A stretch of DNA of 64,000 nucleotides, from positions 257,621 through 321,620 of the forward strand of contig CAZBGZ010000001.1 of assembly GCA_964491925.1 (NCBI GenBank), written 5' to 3'. Under the pieces are notes generated by a model, which did not search any database, was not told where the DNA came from, and saw only the letters and a program-made list of their open reading frames with translations. Below are positions 28,848 through 38,862 of the stretch, one piece after another. Source of the DNA: an uncultured Candidatus Saccharibacteria bacterium. Its GTDB lineage: Bacteria; Patescibacteriota; Saccharimonadia; Saccharimonadales; JAGQNJ01. A program made the position numbers and the translations under genes. Each line of letters starts with the position of its first letter. Position 1 is the stretch's first letter.

Positions 28848-31043
28848 ATGGCTAAGAAAAAGAGAAAACAAACAAAGAAAAACTTAAAGAACCAACCACC
28901 CAAGGAGGATTCGAACTTTTGGCCTTTAGCCGGGGCCATCATAATGATGCTTTTGGCCATCTTCTTGATGCTTGGAGGGTTTGGCACGGGTGGGCCATTA
29001 CCTGAAAGCCTTTTCCACGGAGCATATTGGGCACTAGGATGGGCAGCATACCTGACTATCCCGGCACTAATATTCTTGGGGGTTCAAAAATTTACTAGCG
29101 AAGATAAGCAAATTCCACTGGAGAAATCTGTAAGCGTACTGGCATTTTTAACATTTGTCGCCTGTTTGTTGCACACAATGTTTGTATCACAAGACGCATC
29201 CGGTGCCTATACTGGTAACGGCGGTGCTATGGGGAAAACAATTGGCGGGGCAACACTTGGTGCTATTAACCAGATACCTGCGAGTATTATGTTTTTGGTT
29301 CTATCGTTGTTAGCATTTTTCCTAGCAAGCGGTGTATCACCAAAGGTATTGTTAAAAATTGGTGACTTATTCAAGAAAAGTGATAAGAAACCAGAGCTAG
29401 CTGATCTAAAGGACAAAGCCGAACATCCTGGTTTCCAACTTAACGAGGGTGTGCCGGTCGAACATAACTCTGGACCTCGGCTATCTACATTGAAGAACAC
29501 TGCACAAAAGTTAAGCCCAAATGAAAATCACGAAGCTCTGACAGTAGCCAGCGACCCACTTTGGAAATTCCCAAGTCTCGATCTGCTGAATCAAAAACAA
29601 GACAAGGCTGACGCAGGCGATGTAGAGGGTAATGCCGAGATGATCAAGGAAAGTCTAGCTAATTTCAATATAGATGTTGAAATGGAAGGCGCTAATATTG
29701 GGCCCAGAGTAACTCAGTTTACTCTCAGGCCTCCAGCCGGCATCAAGTTAACCAGGATTAAGGCCCTGGAGGATAACTTGGCACTCGATCTTGCCGCTCA
29801 GACTATACGAATCGAAGCACCAATTCCAGGGAAGCGAGCAGTGGGCATCGAAGTCCCCAACGTCAAACCGGCACATGTACGGATTAGCAGTATCTTGCAA
29901 ACACCAGAATGGAAAAGTATGGACAGTCACCTGGGGATTGTTATCGGTAAAGATATTTCGGGTACACCAATTGTTCGTTCGCTAGACAAGATGCCACATA
30001 TGCTAGTAGCTGGGCAAACCGGTTCTGGTAAATCTGTCATGATAAATACGATTTTAACTTCTCTGTTATATAAAAACAGTCCGTCAGATCTGAAGCTGAT
30101 TTTAGTAGATCCCAAACAGGTTGAGCTGAAGCCCTATGACGGCATTCCGCATTTGCTCGCACCTGTTATTACAGAACCAGAAAAATGCATTAGCGCGCTA
30201 AAATGGACAGTTGCTGAGATGGAACGGCGGTATAAAGCACTCGCCGAGGTAAATAAGCGCAATATTGTCGAATACAACACACTCAAAAAAGAAGAGGGCA
30301 TGCCGTACATAGTTATTGTAATTGACGAGTTGGCTGACCTAATGATGATGGCTGCTCGTGATGTGGAATCGCTGATAGTCCGAATAGCTCAGAAAGCCCG
30401 GGCTGTCGGTATTCACTTGATACTGGCTACCCAAAGACCAAGCGTTGATGTAATCACAGGGCTTATTAAAGCCAACATTCCAGCTAGAATCGCCTTCACC
30501 GTTGCTAGCCAGATTGACTCGAGGACAATTATTGACCAAATGGGTGCCGAAAAACTACTGGGGCAGGGTGATATGTTGCTATTGACAGCAGAAATGCCAA
30601 AACCAAAACGTGTTCAAGGTGGGCTGATCACGGATGAGGAAACAGCAAAAATCACGGAATTTATCAGGGAACAACGAGCACCAAATTATGACGAAGAAGT
30701 CGTTAGCCAGCCGGTTCAGATAGGCAATGGTCGCGGAGGCACAGTCTCTGACTATGGCGCAGCGGATGCCGATGACGATATGTGGAAGGATGCAATAAAA
30801 GTGGTTGTTGATAGCAGAAAAGCTAGCACTAGTTTGTTGCAGAGACGTCTAAGGGTTGGGTATGCCAGAGCAGCAAGGCTGGTTGAGGCTATGGAAGAAC
30901 AAGGGATAATTGGGCCGGCTGATGGATCTCGCCCGCGTGATGTTCTCGTCAATTCTGTTGATGAGGTTTTTGGAGCTGCAGAAACCCCACAACCAGAAGT
31001 AGCAATCGCACAGTCTGAAGATAAGATAGAAGAAGAGGTGTAA
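28848..31043 (+). CDS. ftsK: DNA translocase FtsK
   Basis: N-terminal TM segments, Walker A LVAGQTGSGKSV, Walker B IVIVIDELADLMMM and a C-terminal gamma winged-helix (SLLQRRLRVGYARAARLVEAMEEQGIIGP). Confidence 0.9.
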   Translation: MAKKKRKQTKKNLKNQPPKEDSNFWPLAGAIIMMLLAIFLMLGGFGTGGPLPESLFHGAYWALGWAAYLTIPALIFLGVQKFTSEDKQIPLEKSVSVLAFLTFVACLLHTMFVSQDASGAYTGNGGAMGKTIGGATLGAINQIPASIMFLVLSLLAFFLASGVSPKVLLKIGDLFKKSDKKPELADLKDKAEHPGFQLNEGVPVEHNSGPRLSTLKNTAQKLSPNENHEALTVASDPLWKFPSLDLLNQKQDKADAGDVEGNAEMIKESLANFNIDVEMEGANIGPRVTQFTLRPPAGIKLTRIKALEDNLALDLAAQTIRIEAPIPGKRAVGIEVPNVKPAHVRISSILQTPEWKSMDSHLGIVIGKDISGTPIVRSLDKMPHMLVAGQTGSGKSVMINTILTSLLYKNSPSDLKLILVDPKQVELKPYDGIPHLLAPVITEPEKCISALKWTVAEMERRYKALAEVNKRNIVEYNTLKKEEGMPYIVIVIDELADLMMMAARDVESLIVRIAQKARAVGIHLILATQRPSVDVITGLIKANIPARIAFTVASQIDSRTIIDQMGAEKLLGQGDMLLLTAEMPKPKRVQGGLITDEETAKITEFIREQRAPNYDEEVVSQPVQIGNGRGGTVSDYGAADADDDMWKDAIKVVVDSRKASTSLLQRRLRVGYARAARLVEAMEEQGIIGPADGSRPRDVLVNSVDEVFGAAETPQPEVAIAQSEDKIEEEV

Positions 31044-31420
31044 TGCTTAGCCTTTTTGCGGGTTTTGTATGTGAAACATCGTACTATCCACAGATTTTGC
31101 TGAGTAGAATGATTTTCTGGTCGAGTGTTGTGGGTGCTGGTATCCTCATCTTCGTTAGTTTTAAAAAAATAAAAACCTGGTGGTTAAAGATTTTATCCAC
31201 AGCCGGTATTCTGTTAGCGCTCGTGACGGTGCTTTTTATAACTACAGTTTTTGTCATTCCTTGGGGATGTAGCGTAAACCCACTCGACTTCTCGAAGCCG
31301 ATTAATCCGAATTACGATCCTCGAAACTTTGGACCTCCCTCGTCAGATGAAATACATCTCAATGCTGCACCCGATGCGTCCAATGGTGGGGTAGAGATAT
31401 ATAACGTTAATCCTCAATAG
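31043..31420 (+). CDS. Hypothetical membrane protein
   Basis: 125 aa with 2-3 TM helices. Overlaps the ftsK stop. Confidence 0.35.
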   Translation: MLSLFAGFVCETSYYPQILLSRMIFWSSVVGAGILIFVSFKKIKTWWLKILSTAGILLALVTVLFITTVFVIPWGCSVNPLDFSKPINPNYDPRNFGPPSSDEIHLNAAPDASNGGVEIYNVNPQ

Positions 31421-31424
31421 AGCA

Positions 31425-31453
31425 TTGACAATTTCTATCTGTTAGAGTAGAAT
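31425..31453 (+). promoter_or_regulatory. Sigma-70-type promoter TTGACA-17-TAGAAT for the rpsF-ssb-rpsR operon
   Basis: TTGACA at 31425-31430, 17-nt spacer, TAGAAT at 31448-31453. The SD AAGGAG at 31513-31518 lies 5 nt before the rpsF ATG. Confidence 0.5.
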
Positions 31454-31523
31454 AAGTCTACTAATAAACCTCAGTTCGTTATCACTCAGGAGAACGGGCC
31501 GAAAGACCAAAGTAAGGAGTTTT

Positions 31524-31907
31524 ATGCAGCAATATGAATTAGCGGTCGTATACGATCCGGGCCTAGAAGTAGACTTGTCTAAGGCTGAAGACAGAGTCAA
31601 AAAAATAGTTAGCGATAACAAGGGCAAAATCGTTAGTGACGATAATTGGGGCAAGCGAAAGTTAGCTTACCCGATCAACAAGCACGAACACGGCGTGTAT
31701 GTTTTTTATATAGTAGAACTCGTGCCAACGAGCCTAGCAAAAGTTGAAAGCTCATTGAATATTACTAACGAAGTAATTCGCTATCTTATTGTCAGGCAGG
31801 ACGAAAAAGAACTAGCCAAAGTAGCCGCTGCCAAGGCTGCCAAAGCCGAACGCGAAGCCAAGCAAGAAGCTAAAGAAAACGAACCAAAAGAGTCTAAGGG
31901 GGAATAG
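31524..31907 (+). CDS. rpsF: 30S ribosomal protein S6
   Basis: MQQYELAVVYDPGLEVD...WGKRKLAYPINKHEHGVYVFY matches S6. Charged C-terminal tail. Confidence 0.9.
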   Translation: MQQYELAVVYDPGLEVDLSKAEDRVKKIVSDNKGKIVSDDNWGKRKLAYPINKHEHGVYVFYIVELVPTSLAKVESSLNITNEVIRYLIVRQDEKELAKVAAAKAAKAEREAKQEAKENEPKESKGE

Positions 31908-31911
31908 GCAT

Positions 31912-32385
31912 ATGGCAAAAAGTATTAACATGGTAACGCTGATGGGGAACCTGACTAGGGACCCAGAACTACGACAAACACCGAATGGCCAAAGTGTATG
32001 TAGCTTTAGTCTAGCGTTAAATCGTAGCTATAAAGATGCTAGCGGTGAATGGAAAGAGCTGACAGATTACGTAAATATTATCGCTTGGGCGGCTCTTGGC
32101 GAAAGGGTTTCGCAGTACCTAGCAAAAGGTCGCCGATGTTTAGTTGTTGGCCGTTTACAGAGCAGTAGCTGGGAACAAGACGGTCAAAAGCGAAGCAAAA
32201 TCGAGGTTGTAGCCAATGATGTAACTTTTCTAGATGGTCGTGGTGGCGATGGTTCGTATGAGGCGAGCGATAAGAGCTCAACATCATCTAGCCCGCAATC
32301 TACAACCAGTAAAAAACAAGATGATGTCGTAATTGAAGACATAGATGATAGTGCACCTATAAACTTAGACGACATCCCATTTTAA
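31912..32385 (+). CDS. ssb: Single-stranded DNA-binding protein
   Basis: OB-fold core (NMVTLMGNLTRDPELRQTPNG...VTFLD), a Gly/Ser-rich linker and the C-terminal acidic tip DDIPF. Confidence 0.9.
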   Translation: MAKSINMVTLMGNLTRDPELRQTPNGQSVCSFSLALNRSYKDASGEWKELTDYVNIIAWAALGERVSQYLAKGRRCLVVGRLQSSSWEQDGQKRSKIEVVANDVTFLDGRGGDGSYEASDKSSTSSSPQSTTSKKQDDVVIEDIDDSAPINLDDIPF

Positions 32386-32397
32386 GGAGAAATAATA

Positions 32398-32601
32398 ATG
32401 GCGAAGATTTTTAGAAGAAAAGAAGAAGTAGCGTATTTTGACTACAAGGATTTCAAGTCCTTGCAGCGATATTTGAATGTATATGGTCAGATTGAGCCAC
32501 GTAAAAAGACTGGCCTAACAGAGAGCCAACAACGACATTTATCTCGAGCAATCAAACGCGCTCGACACCTAGCACTCTTACAATTCGTATCTAACGGTTA
32601 G
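32398..32601 (+). CDS. rpsR: 30S ribosomal protein S18
   Basis: [48 protein letters not shown] matches S18. rpsF-ssb-rpsR synteny. Confidence 0.85.
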   Translation: MAKIFRRKEEVAYFDYKDFKSLQRYLNVYGQIEPRKKTGLTESQQRHLSRAIKRARHLALLQFVSNG

Positions 32602-32611
32602 GGCGGCACCA

Positions 32612-33178
32612 ATGGCTTTTGGTATAACTGATCTTAAAAAAGGTACTATTTTTCAACTAGACGGTACGCCGTACCGTGTTGTGCAATATGGCCAAAAAGT
32701 TATGGGGCGCGGCGGAAGCATTGTTAATGTAAAGATCAAAAGTCTAATAGATGGTCGGGTTCTGGACAAAACATTCAAGGGCAATGAAAACGTTGAACCG
32801 GCTGATGTAACCAACCAAAAAGTTCAATATCTTTACAACAATGAATCCAATTTTTTCTTTATGAATCAAGATACCTACGAACAATTCGAGGTTCGTAAAG
32901 ATATTATTGGCGACCAGTCGGGCTATTTGAAGGAAAGCGATAATGTCACGATCCAACTGTTTGACGGCCAGGTCATAAATGTAGAATTACCTAAGAATGT
33001 CTACCTAAAAGTTACTTATTGCGAGGATGTAGTAAAAGGCGACACTACCAGCTCGATCACGAAAGATGCTGAACTTGAGACTGGCATAACAGTAAAAGTT
33101 CCAGCTTTTATCAAAACAGGTGACGTAATATCTGTTGATACCGAGAGTGGCGCCTACCGTGAACGCAAGAAAGACTAA
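32612..33178 (+). CDS. efp: Elongation factor P
   Basis: N-terminal KOW-like region with the loop QYGQKVMGRGGSIVNVKIK, then OB domains II/III. Confidence 0.9.
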   Translation: MAFGITDLKKGTIFQLDGTPYRVVQYGQKVMGRGGSIVNVKIKSLIDGRVLDKTFKGNENVEPADVTNQKVQYLYNNESNFFFMNQDTYEQFEVRKDIIGDQSGYLKESDNVTIQLFDGQVINVELPKNVYLKVTYCEDVVKGDTTSSITKDAELETGITVKVPAFIKTGDVISVDTESGAYRERKKD

Positions 33179-33193
33179 AGGAAACGACGAACT

Positions 33194-33913
33194 ATGGCTA
33201 AACAAAGACTAGACCAGGCTCTGGTCAGTAAAAAGCTAGTTCAGTCTCGCTCTCAAGCAGAAAACTACATAAAATTGGGCATTGTTAGTGTTGGTGGCAT
33301 CATTGTCAAAAAACCAGGGTATTTTGTTGGTGACGATACCCGCATCGTGTTGGACACAGATGAAAGATACGTGTCACGTGCCGCTTTAAAGTTGGCGTCG
33401 GTGGCAGAACAGTTCAAGTTAGATTTTAAAAATAAAGTAATACTAGATGTCGGATCATCAACTGGTGGTTTCACAGATTTTGCATTGCAACACGGCGCCG
33501 CCAAAGCTATTGATGTAGAAGTTGGCAGTGATCAATTACACCCTAACCTGATAGGCGATAAAAGAATCGAGCTTCTCGAGCAGACGGATATAAGGTCGGT
33601 CCAAAAATTGTCATCACCTGCAGACATAGTCCTAATTGATGTTTCTTTCATATCCCTAAGAGAAATTTTGCCTCATGTTGCCTCGCTAGTAAATAAATAT
33701 GCGATAGTTGTCGCTATGGTAAAGCCACAATTTGAAGCTCCCAGCGAAGTTAAACATAAAGGCGTGATTAAAAACGAGAGAATAAGGCGAAATATTCTGA
33801 AAGATTTTGAGGCTTGGGTTAGGAAGTATTTTGCGACCATAGATAAAGCCGATAGTAAGGTTAGTGGCAATAAAGGCAATATCGAACGGTTTTATTTACT
33901 CAAGAAGATTTAA
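33194..33913 (+). CDS. tlyA: TlyA-family rRNA 2'-O-methyltransferase (hemolysin A-like)
   Basis: N-terminal S4 RNA-binding domain (RLDQALVSKKLVQSRSQAENYI) and FtsJ-like SAM-binding motif ILDVGSSTGGFTDFALQHGA. Confidence 0.8.
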   Translation: MAKQRLDQALVSKKLVQSRSQAENYIKLGIVSVGGIIVKKPGYFVGDDTRIVLDTDERYVSRAALKLASVAEQFKLDFKNKVILDVGSSTGGFTDFALQHGAAKAIDVEVGSDQLHPNLIGDKRIELLEQTDIRSVQKLSSPADIVLIDVSFISLREILPHVASLVNKYAIVVAMVKPQFEAPSEVKHKGVIKNERIRRNILKDFEAWVRKYFATIDKADSKVSGNKGNIERFYLLKKI

Positions 33914-33941
33914 CCAATAAGCCTAATTTCGGATAGTAATT

Positions 33942-34589
33942 TCAAAGAAAGCTTCGTAACTTGGCTTCGTCTTTTATTGTGATATGAGACTGTACATTAC
34001 TAATGAGCCCTTTTCTTATCAGCTGGGAAAGTTCACGACCAGTGGTCTCTCTAGTGGCATTAATTGAACTAGCTATATCTTGCTGTTTTAGCGGCGCTTC
34101 GATAAAAATTCCGTCTTTTGTACTTTCTCCGAAACGTTGACTCATGATTAACAAAAACGAAATCAATCTTTCGCGGACCGATCTGTATTCTAGATTAATA
34201 ATTCTTTCGGAATGAATTCGATACATCTCTAATATCACATCTAATAGTGGGGGCAAAAGATCCGGGTTTTGTTTTAGTAAATTCAAATATTTCTTCTGGT
34301 CTAGCCGCAGCACCTTAACGGGCGATAAAGCTTCGTATATAACATGACGACCTTCACCAGTAATGGACCATATAAGAGGGAAAATCTCGTTAGCTTTTCT
34401 AATAATAAGTAAGTTTTCTTCGCCATATTTAGTAATGTCGTATGCTTTAACTAATCCCTCTACTATATAAAAAACGCCCTGGGGGTTCTCCCCAGGGCGA
34501 ATAATAAATTCACCTTTTTTGTAAGTCAGTGGCGTGCCTTTCTGGAAGGCTTCCACTAAAGATGTGTGCTGATTTTTTGAAGCAAACAT
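33942..34589 (-). CDS. Crp/Fnr-family transcriptional regulator
   Basis: N-terminal cNMP-binding fold and C-terminal HTH RETTGRELSQLIRKGLIS. Confidence 0.75.
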   Translation of the reverse strand: MFASKNQHTSLVEAFQKGTPLTYKKGEFIIRPGENPQGVFYIVEGLVKAYDITKYGEENLLIIRKANEIFPLIWSITGEGRHVIYEALSPVKVLRLDQKKYLNLLKQNPDLLPPLLDVILEMYRIHSERIINLEYRSVRERLISFLLIMSQRFGESTKDGIFIEAPLKQQDIASSINATRETTGRELSQLIRKGLISNVQSHITIKDEAKLRSFL

Positions 34590-34764
34590 ACCTATATTAT
34601 GTCACAAAAATATTAGTATTTGTAATTATATCGTTTCCTATTAATTTTTTTTTCGTAAGGGTTAGTGTGAGATATCTCGCACTCTTCGAGCGACTAGGTT
34701 AACAGACATTGACCTTTATGTAGACATATACTGATATTGTAGCAACAAATGAGGAGGTGCTCAG

Positions 34765-35385
34765 ATGGTTAGCTCAAAGGAAATAGAGGAACAATTAAAA
34801 AGATTGAATGTCCACTTTTCGTTTTTCGGTAACGCGGAACTTCGCGAGCTACAAAATATAATTGTCGAGAATGAACAGATCCAGTATTGCACCAATGGTC
34901 GTTACTCCGGGGGGTTTGCTGTTTTATGTGTCACAAACATGCGAGTTTTGCTTATTGATAAAAAACCATTTTTCCTGATGCTAGAAGACCATAGTTACGA
35001 AATGATAACCGGGGTGGACTATTCGTATAGGTTGCTAGATGCTACGGTAAAAATCCGCACAGCTAATAAAACGCTCAAATTTACTGGGTTTAACAAACAA
35101 GCATTGAGGAACGCCACGAGCCAAATACAACAGCAGGTAATACATTTTCGCCAATTGCATATCATGAGAGCAGAGACGGAACAATCAGGTATTGCTCAGG
35201 TTATTGATAACACCTCTTTGCATGAGTGGCCACGGCCAACGAATTTTTCTCCAGCAATATTGTCGGGCACTAGTGATGAAGCCGGATTGGTAGAAGTCGG
35301 GCTGCCAGATGTTGGAATCTCCAACTCGGCCAATCACTATATTAAGTCACCACTACTGACCCGAAGACGCCTGCCCAGATACTAA
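34765..35385 (+). CDS. Hypothetical protein, bacterial PH-domain-like
   Basis: 206 aa. The pattern around GGFAVLCVTNMRVLLIDKKPFF...LKFTGFNK resembles bPH/YdbS-like folds. Weak. SD GGAGGTG upstream. Confidence 0.3.
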   Translation: MVSSKEIEEQLKRLNVHFSFFGNAELRELQNIIVENEQIQYCTNGRYSGGFAVLCVTNMRVLLIDKKPFFLMLEDHSYEMITGVDYSYRLLDATVKIRTANKTLKFTGFNKQALRNATSQIQQQVIHFRQLHIMRAETEQSGIAQVIDNTSLHEWPRPTNFSPAILSGTSDEAGLVEVGLPDVGISNSANHYIKSPLLTRRRLPRY

Positions 35386-35389
35386 AATC

Positions 35390-36463
35390 TTATATGTTAA
35401 AACGAAATTCAACTATATCATCCGGTTGCATGATATAGTTTTTGCCCTCGAGGCGGACTTTTCCATTAGCCTTTGCACCAGCAACTGAGCCTGCCGATAC
35501 TAGGTCATCAAAACTAACTACTTCTGCAGCAATAAATCCTTTTTCGAAATCGCCGTGTATGACCCCTGCGGCTTTAGGAGCATTTGCCCCCTTTTTTACC
35601 GTCCAAGCCCGAACTTCTTTTTCGCCGGCAGTTAGATAACTCTGCAGACCCAGAGCATCATAAGCAGCATGGATTAGCTGGGTAAGGCCAGGTTCTTGCT
35701 GCCCATAACTTTCCATGAGCTCTCTTGCATCATTGCTATTAAGATCCTTTAGTTCGTTCTCTAATTTGGCACAAACAAATATGGCTTTGGCTGGGGCAAC
35801 CATTTCACTAAGTTGTTGCTTTTTATAGCTATCGGAAAGACCTTTTTCGTCCATGTTAAATAAGTAAATAGCAGGCTTAACTGTAATTAGATGAGTGCCC
35901 TTGATAAGATCAAAATCTAGGTCATCAACAGAGTGAAGTAGCTTTCCCTCATTGAGTAATTTTTGTGTTCGTTCTAGTGTATCAACAATAGGTTTTAGCT
36001 TGGGATTGCTCTTGGCTTCTTTAGCAATTTTTGGGAGCTGTTTTTCGATGGTTTGCAGATCCGCCAGCATGAGTTCTGTATTAATTACTTCAATGTCTTT
36101 CTCGGGATCGACTTTTTCATCAACGTGTACAACGTTAGAGTCGTTAAAGGCCCTGACGACGTGGCATAAAGCATCGGTGGAGCGAATATGGCCCAGAAAC
36201 TGGTTACCCAGACCTTCACCCTTGGATGCCCCGGAAACTAAGCCAGCAATATCAATAAAATTCACCGTTGCCGGGACGACAGGTGCGTTGTTATATATTT
36301 TTGCTAGAGCCGGCAATCGGTGATCCGGGATTGCTACTATGCCCGTGTTAGGCTCGATTGTTGCAAAAGGATAGTTTGCGGCTAGTATGTCGTTGCTCGT
36401 TAAGCTGTTAAAAAGTGTAGACTTACCAACATTCGGTAACCCAACTATTCCGATTGATAGCAC
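35390..36463 (-). CDS. ychF: Ribosome-binding ATPase YchF (Obg-family GTPase)
   Basis: G1 motif IVGLPNVGKSTLFNSLT and a C-terminal TGS domain. GTG start at 36463. Its first 41 nt overlap the 3' end of the upstream serine recombinase gene. Confidence 0.9.
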   Translation of the reverse strand: MLSIGIVGLPNVGKSTLFNSLTSNDILAANYPFATIEPNTGIVAIPDHRLPALAKIYNNAPVVPATVNFIDIAGLVSGASKGEGLGNQFLGHIRSTDALCHVVRAFNDSNVVHVDEKVDPEKDIEVINTELMLADLQTIEKQLPKIAKEAKSNPKLKPIVDTLERTQKLLNEGKLLHSVDDLDFDLIKGTHLITVKPAIYLFNMDEKGLSDSYKKQQLSEMVAPAKAIFVCAKLENELKDLNSNDARELMESYGQQEPGLTQLIHAAYDALGLQSYLTAGEKEVRAWTVKKGANAPKAAGVIHGDFEKGFIAAEVVSFDDLVSAGSVAGAKANGKVRLEGKNYIMQPDDIVEFRFNI

Positions 36464-38108
36464 GCAATCCTACCTTTCCACCTTCATTGGGTATGTTTGA
36501 GTTCCAATAATCGCTATCTTTAGCATTTAATCTTTCCTTTCCAAAAGAAGCAGGTTCCATAGCGGGTATAAACCCCCAGATTGTAACTTCTTCTTTCGTT
36601 GCTATTACTTTATCAACTATCTTGCGAACAGTAAAAAGCTTACCCTCGAAAGGTAGCTTCGTCATAAATTCATTAAAACCTTTTGCTAGGTGATCTAAGT
36701 CTATATTTTGGAATTGACTTAGTTTGTCTTCTGAAGGCTGTGACTGTAGCTTTAACAGTTCCTCACGGCGTTTACGGACACTTTTTATTTGTTCTTGATA
36801 AACCTCCTCGCTCATTAGTGCTTGACCATACATTTTTGCGTATCGACGTTCTTCCTCTTCTAGTAGTTTAAGATTTTGTTTAACGTCGTTGACTTTGGCG
36901 TTATCTCGAGCCATATCAATTTTCTTGTCGGCGTATCGCTGTACTTGCTGCTTAATAAGATCAGGGTTGGTTAAGAGATCACAAATTTTCTCCCAGCCTG
37001 TGGCATCAAGTACGGTTACATTAACGCCAGCCTCTTTGCAAACAGTAGGCAAGGGGAAGTTGTGAAGCCTGTCTGTGCAGCGATAATACTTTTTACCATC
37101 AGGACCATCGCCAACACGCTTAGCACCACAAGGACACCATACAAGCCCGCCAAAGAGGTATTTGTGTCGCTTGTTGCGTTGAGCAAATCTTGCATTCAAC
37201 TTAATCTGTTTTTGAACTTTATCAAATAAAGCCTCATCAACGATGACAGGTACTTTCACCATAAGCCATTCTTCTTTATTTCTAACTTTACGGCTGGTTT
37301 TGTTTGTGTGTCGGTGTTTATATTTCTGAGTCGATTTTGCTTGGGGGTTTTGTGGAAGTACAGCTTCTAATTTGTAGTAGTAATGTCGTCCAACATAGGT
37401 TTCGTTAGTTAGCAGTCTGCTTACCGGTCCTTTAGTCCAAGACGCTCGTTTACCTTTCTTTGGTGGAATTTCTAACTCATATAAGCGTCGAATAACCTCA
37501 CGCAGTGATATGCCCTCTATCCCAACCCATTCAAACATCATTCGAACTACTCTTGCTTCTTGCTCGTTAATCTCAAAGTAGCCATTTTTCTTATTTAACC
37601 CCTTACCTTTAACGGGTATGTAGTTGTAGCCATAGGGAGGGTTATAACCAAGAAGATTTCCGCCACGTACCTTATTCAATTTACCAAGCCGAAAACGTTC
37701 AGCAATTTTAACACGCTCGTACTCGTGAAAGACGCCCATAACACTGCCCATAAGTTGCTCTTCAGGAGTCGTGCCATTTACATCGTGCAGGCTTTTGAAC
37801 CCAACTCCCGAGTGTCCTAGTTCTTCTATGACAATTTCTTGGTACACAAACTTTCTGGAAAGCCGACCGCGATCAAAAACGTATACAATATCAAACTTAT
37901 TTAGCTTGGCATCTTGCCGTAGTTGATCTAGTGCAGGGCGTTCAAGGAATGCACCGGACCAGCCTTCATCTTTATAAATACAATCCTCAATAAGTATGCA
38001 GCCGTCTGCTTTGATAGCCTCACGAATTTCGTGAAGTTGGGTTTCAATCGTTTGCTCATCCTTTTGGTTATCTGTGCTAACCCTGGCATAGAGTGCAGCT
38101 CGTTTCAT
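36423..38108 (-). CDS. Large serine recombinase (phage-type integrase)
   Basis: N-terminal resolvase catalytic domain with catalytic Ser (ALYARVSTDNQKDEQ...DIVYVFDRGRLSR), a recombinase domain, a zinc ribbon (CPCGAKRVGDGPDGKKYYRCTDR) and a C-terminal coiled coil. 561 aa. Confidence 0.85.
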   Translation of the reverse strand: MKRAALYARVSTDNQKDEQTIETQLHEIREAIKADGCILIEDCIYKDEGWSGAFLERPALDQLRQDAKLNKFDIVYVFDRGRLSRKFVYQEIVIEELGHSGVGFKSLHDVNGTTPEEQLMGSVMGVFHEYERVKIAERFRLGKLNKVRGGNLLGYNPPYGYNYIPVKGKGLNKKNGYFEINEQEARVVRMMFEWVGIEGISLREVIRRLYELEIPPKKGKRASWTKGPVSRLLTNETYVGRHYYYKLEAVLPQNPQAKSTQKYKHRHTNKTSRKVRNKEEWLMVKVPVIVDEALFDKVQKQIKLNARFAQRNKRHKYLFGGLVWCPCGAKRVGDGPDGKKYYRCTDRLHNFPLPTVCKEAGVNVTVLDATGWEKICDLLTNPDLIKQQVQRYADKKIDMARDNAKVNDVKQNLKLLEEEERRYAKMYGQALMSEEVYQEQIKSVRKRREELLKLQSQPSEDKLSQFQNIDLDHLAKGFNEFMTKLPFEGKLFTVRKIVDKVIATKEEVTIWGFIPAMEPASFGKERLNAKDSDYWNSNIPNEGGKVGLRAINRNSWVTECW

Positions 38109-38288
38109 CTAATCTTTCCTTTTTGTTGTCCGCTTTTTAACGAACTCCTCAATAGCTTGTTCACTTATTCGATATCCACGACCAAGTTTTACTGCCTCTA
38201 ATTCGCCATTTTTTATATAGGTGAGAACGCTTTGCCAATGGACCTGTAAACGCTCAGCAACCTCTGTAACTGTTAGATACTTTTCCAT
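38109..38288 (-). CDS. Excisionase-family HTH DNA-binding protein (Xis/AlpA-like)
   Basis: 59 aa ORF not in the supplied track, found by translating the reverse strand: MEKYLTVTEVAERLQVHWQSVLTYIKNGELEAVKLGRGYRISEQAIEEFVKKRTTKRKD. Its TAG stop abuts the ATG of the serine recombinase. Confidence 0.6.
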   Translation of the reverse strand: MEKYLTVTEVAERLQVHWQSVLTYIKNGELEAVKLGRGYRISEQAIEEFVKKRTTKRKD

Positions 38289-38469
38289 AATTCATCCTTT
38301 CGTTACTATAAATAATTATAAACCATTATAAATAATAATACTACGGTTATGTTTGTTGCGCAAAGAACATATCAAACAAATAATCAAATACCTCATCAAC
38401 TGCATCCGCAGAGGCGTCTGGGCTAAGCCGATACTTAATCACTGGTTTAACAACTTTGCGCGGCATAAC

Positions 38470-38862
38470 TTACAGCTGTTCCTTCTTAAAAATTTGTTCC
38501 TCGACCATACCCTTATAGCGGCTTGATCGGTACCTGAGACCGTGACAATGCCTACAGGCTATTAGTGACACCTGTATATAAAGTTTTGCCACGCGGGTCT
38601 TACAGGCAGGGCAAACAAACCAATACCGTTGTCCGCCGTGTCCAGTAGACGTTGTTACTAAGTTAACTTGCATATCACCGATGTAAACTGGCTCCTGGAT
38701 GAGACTTTCTTCAAACTGTGTGCGAAGCGACTTTACAACCTCATCAACGCTAATTGAGTTGACGGCGTCACTTACTGGAGAGTTTCCGTAATCATTGCCC
38801 GACATTGTTTTGCCCCTCGGACTTATCTTGAGTCGTTGAGTTGATTTGTTGGTTCTGGGCAA
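38470..38862 (-). CDS. Hypothetical zinc-ribbon protein (mobile element)
   Basis: CPACKTRVAKL...CRHCHGL Cys4-type zinc ribbon in a 130 aa ORF. Confidence 0.4.
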   Translation of the reverse strand: MPRTNKSTQRLKISPRGKTMSGNDYGNSPVSDAVNSISVDEVVKSLRTQFEESLIQEPVYIGDMQVNLVTTSTGHGGQRYWFVCPACKTRVAKLYIQVSLIACRHCHGLRYRSSRYKGMVEEQIFKKEQL

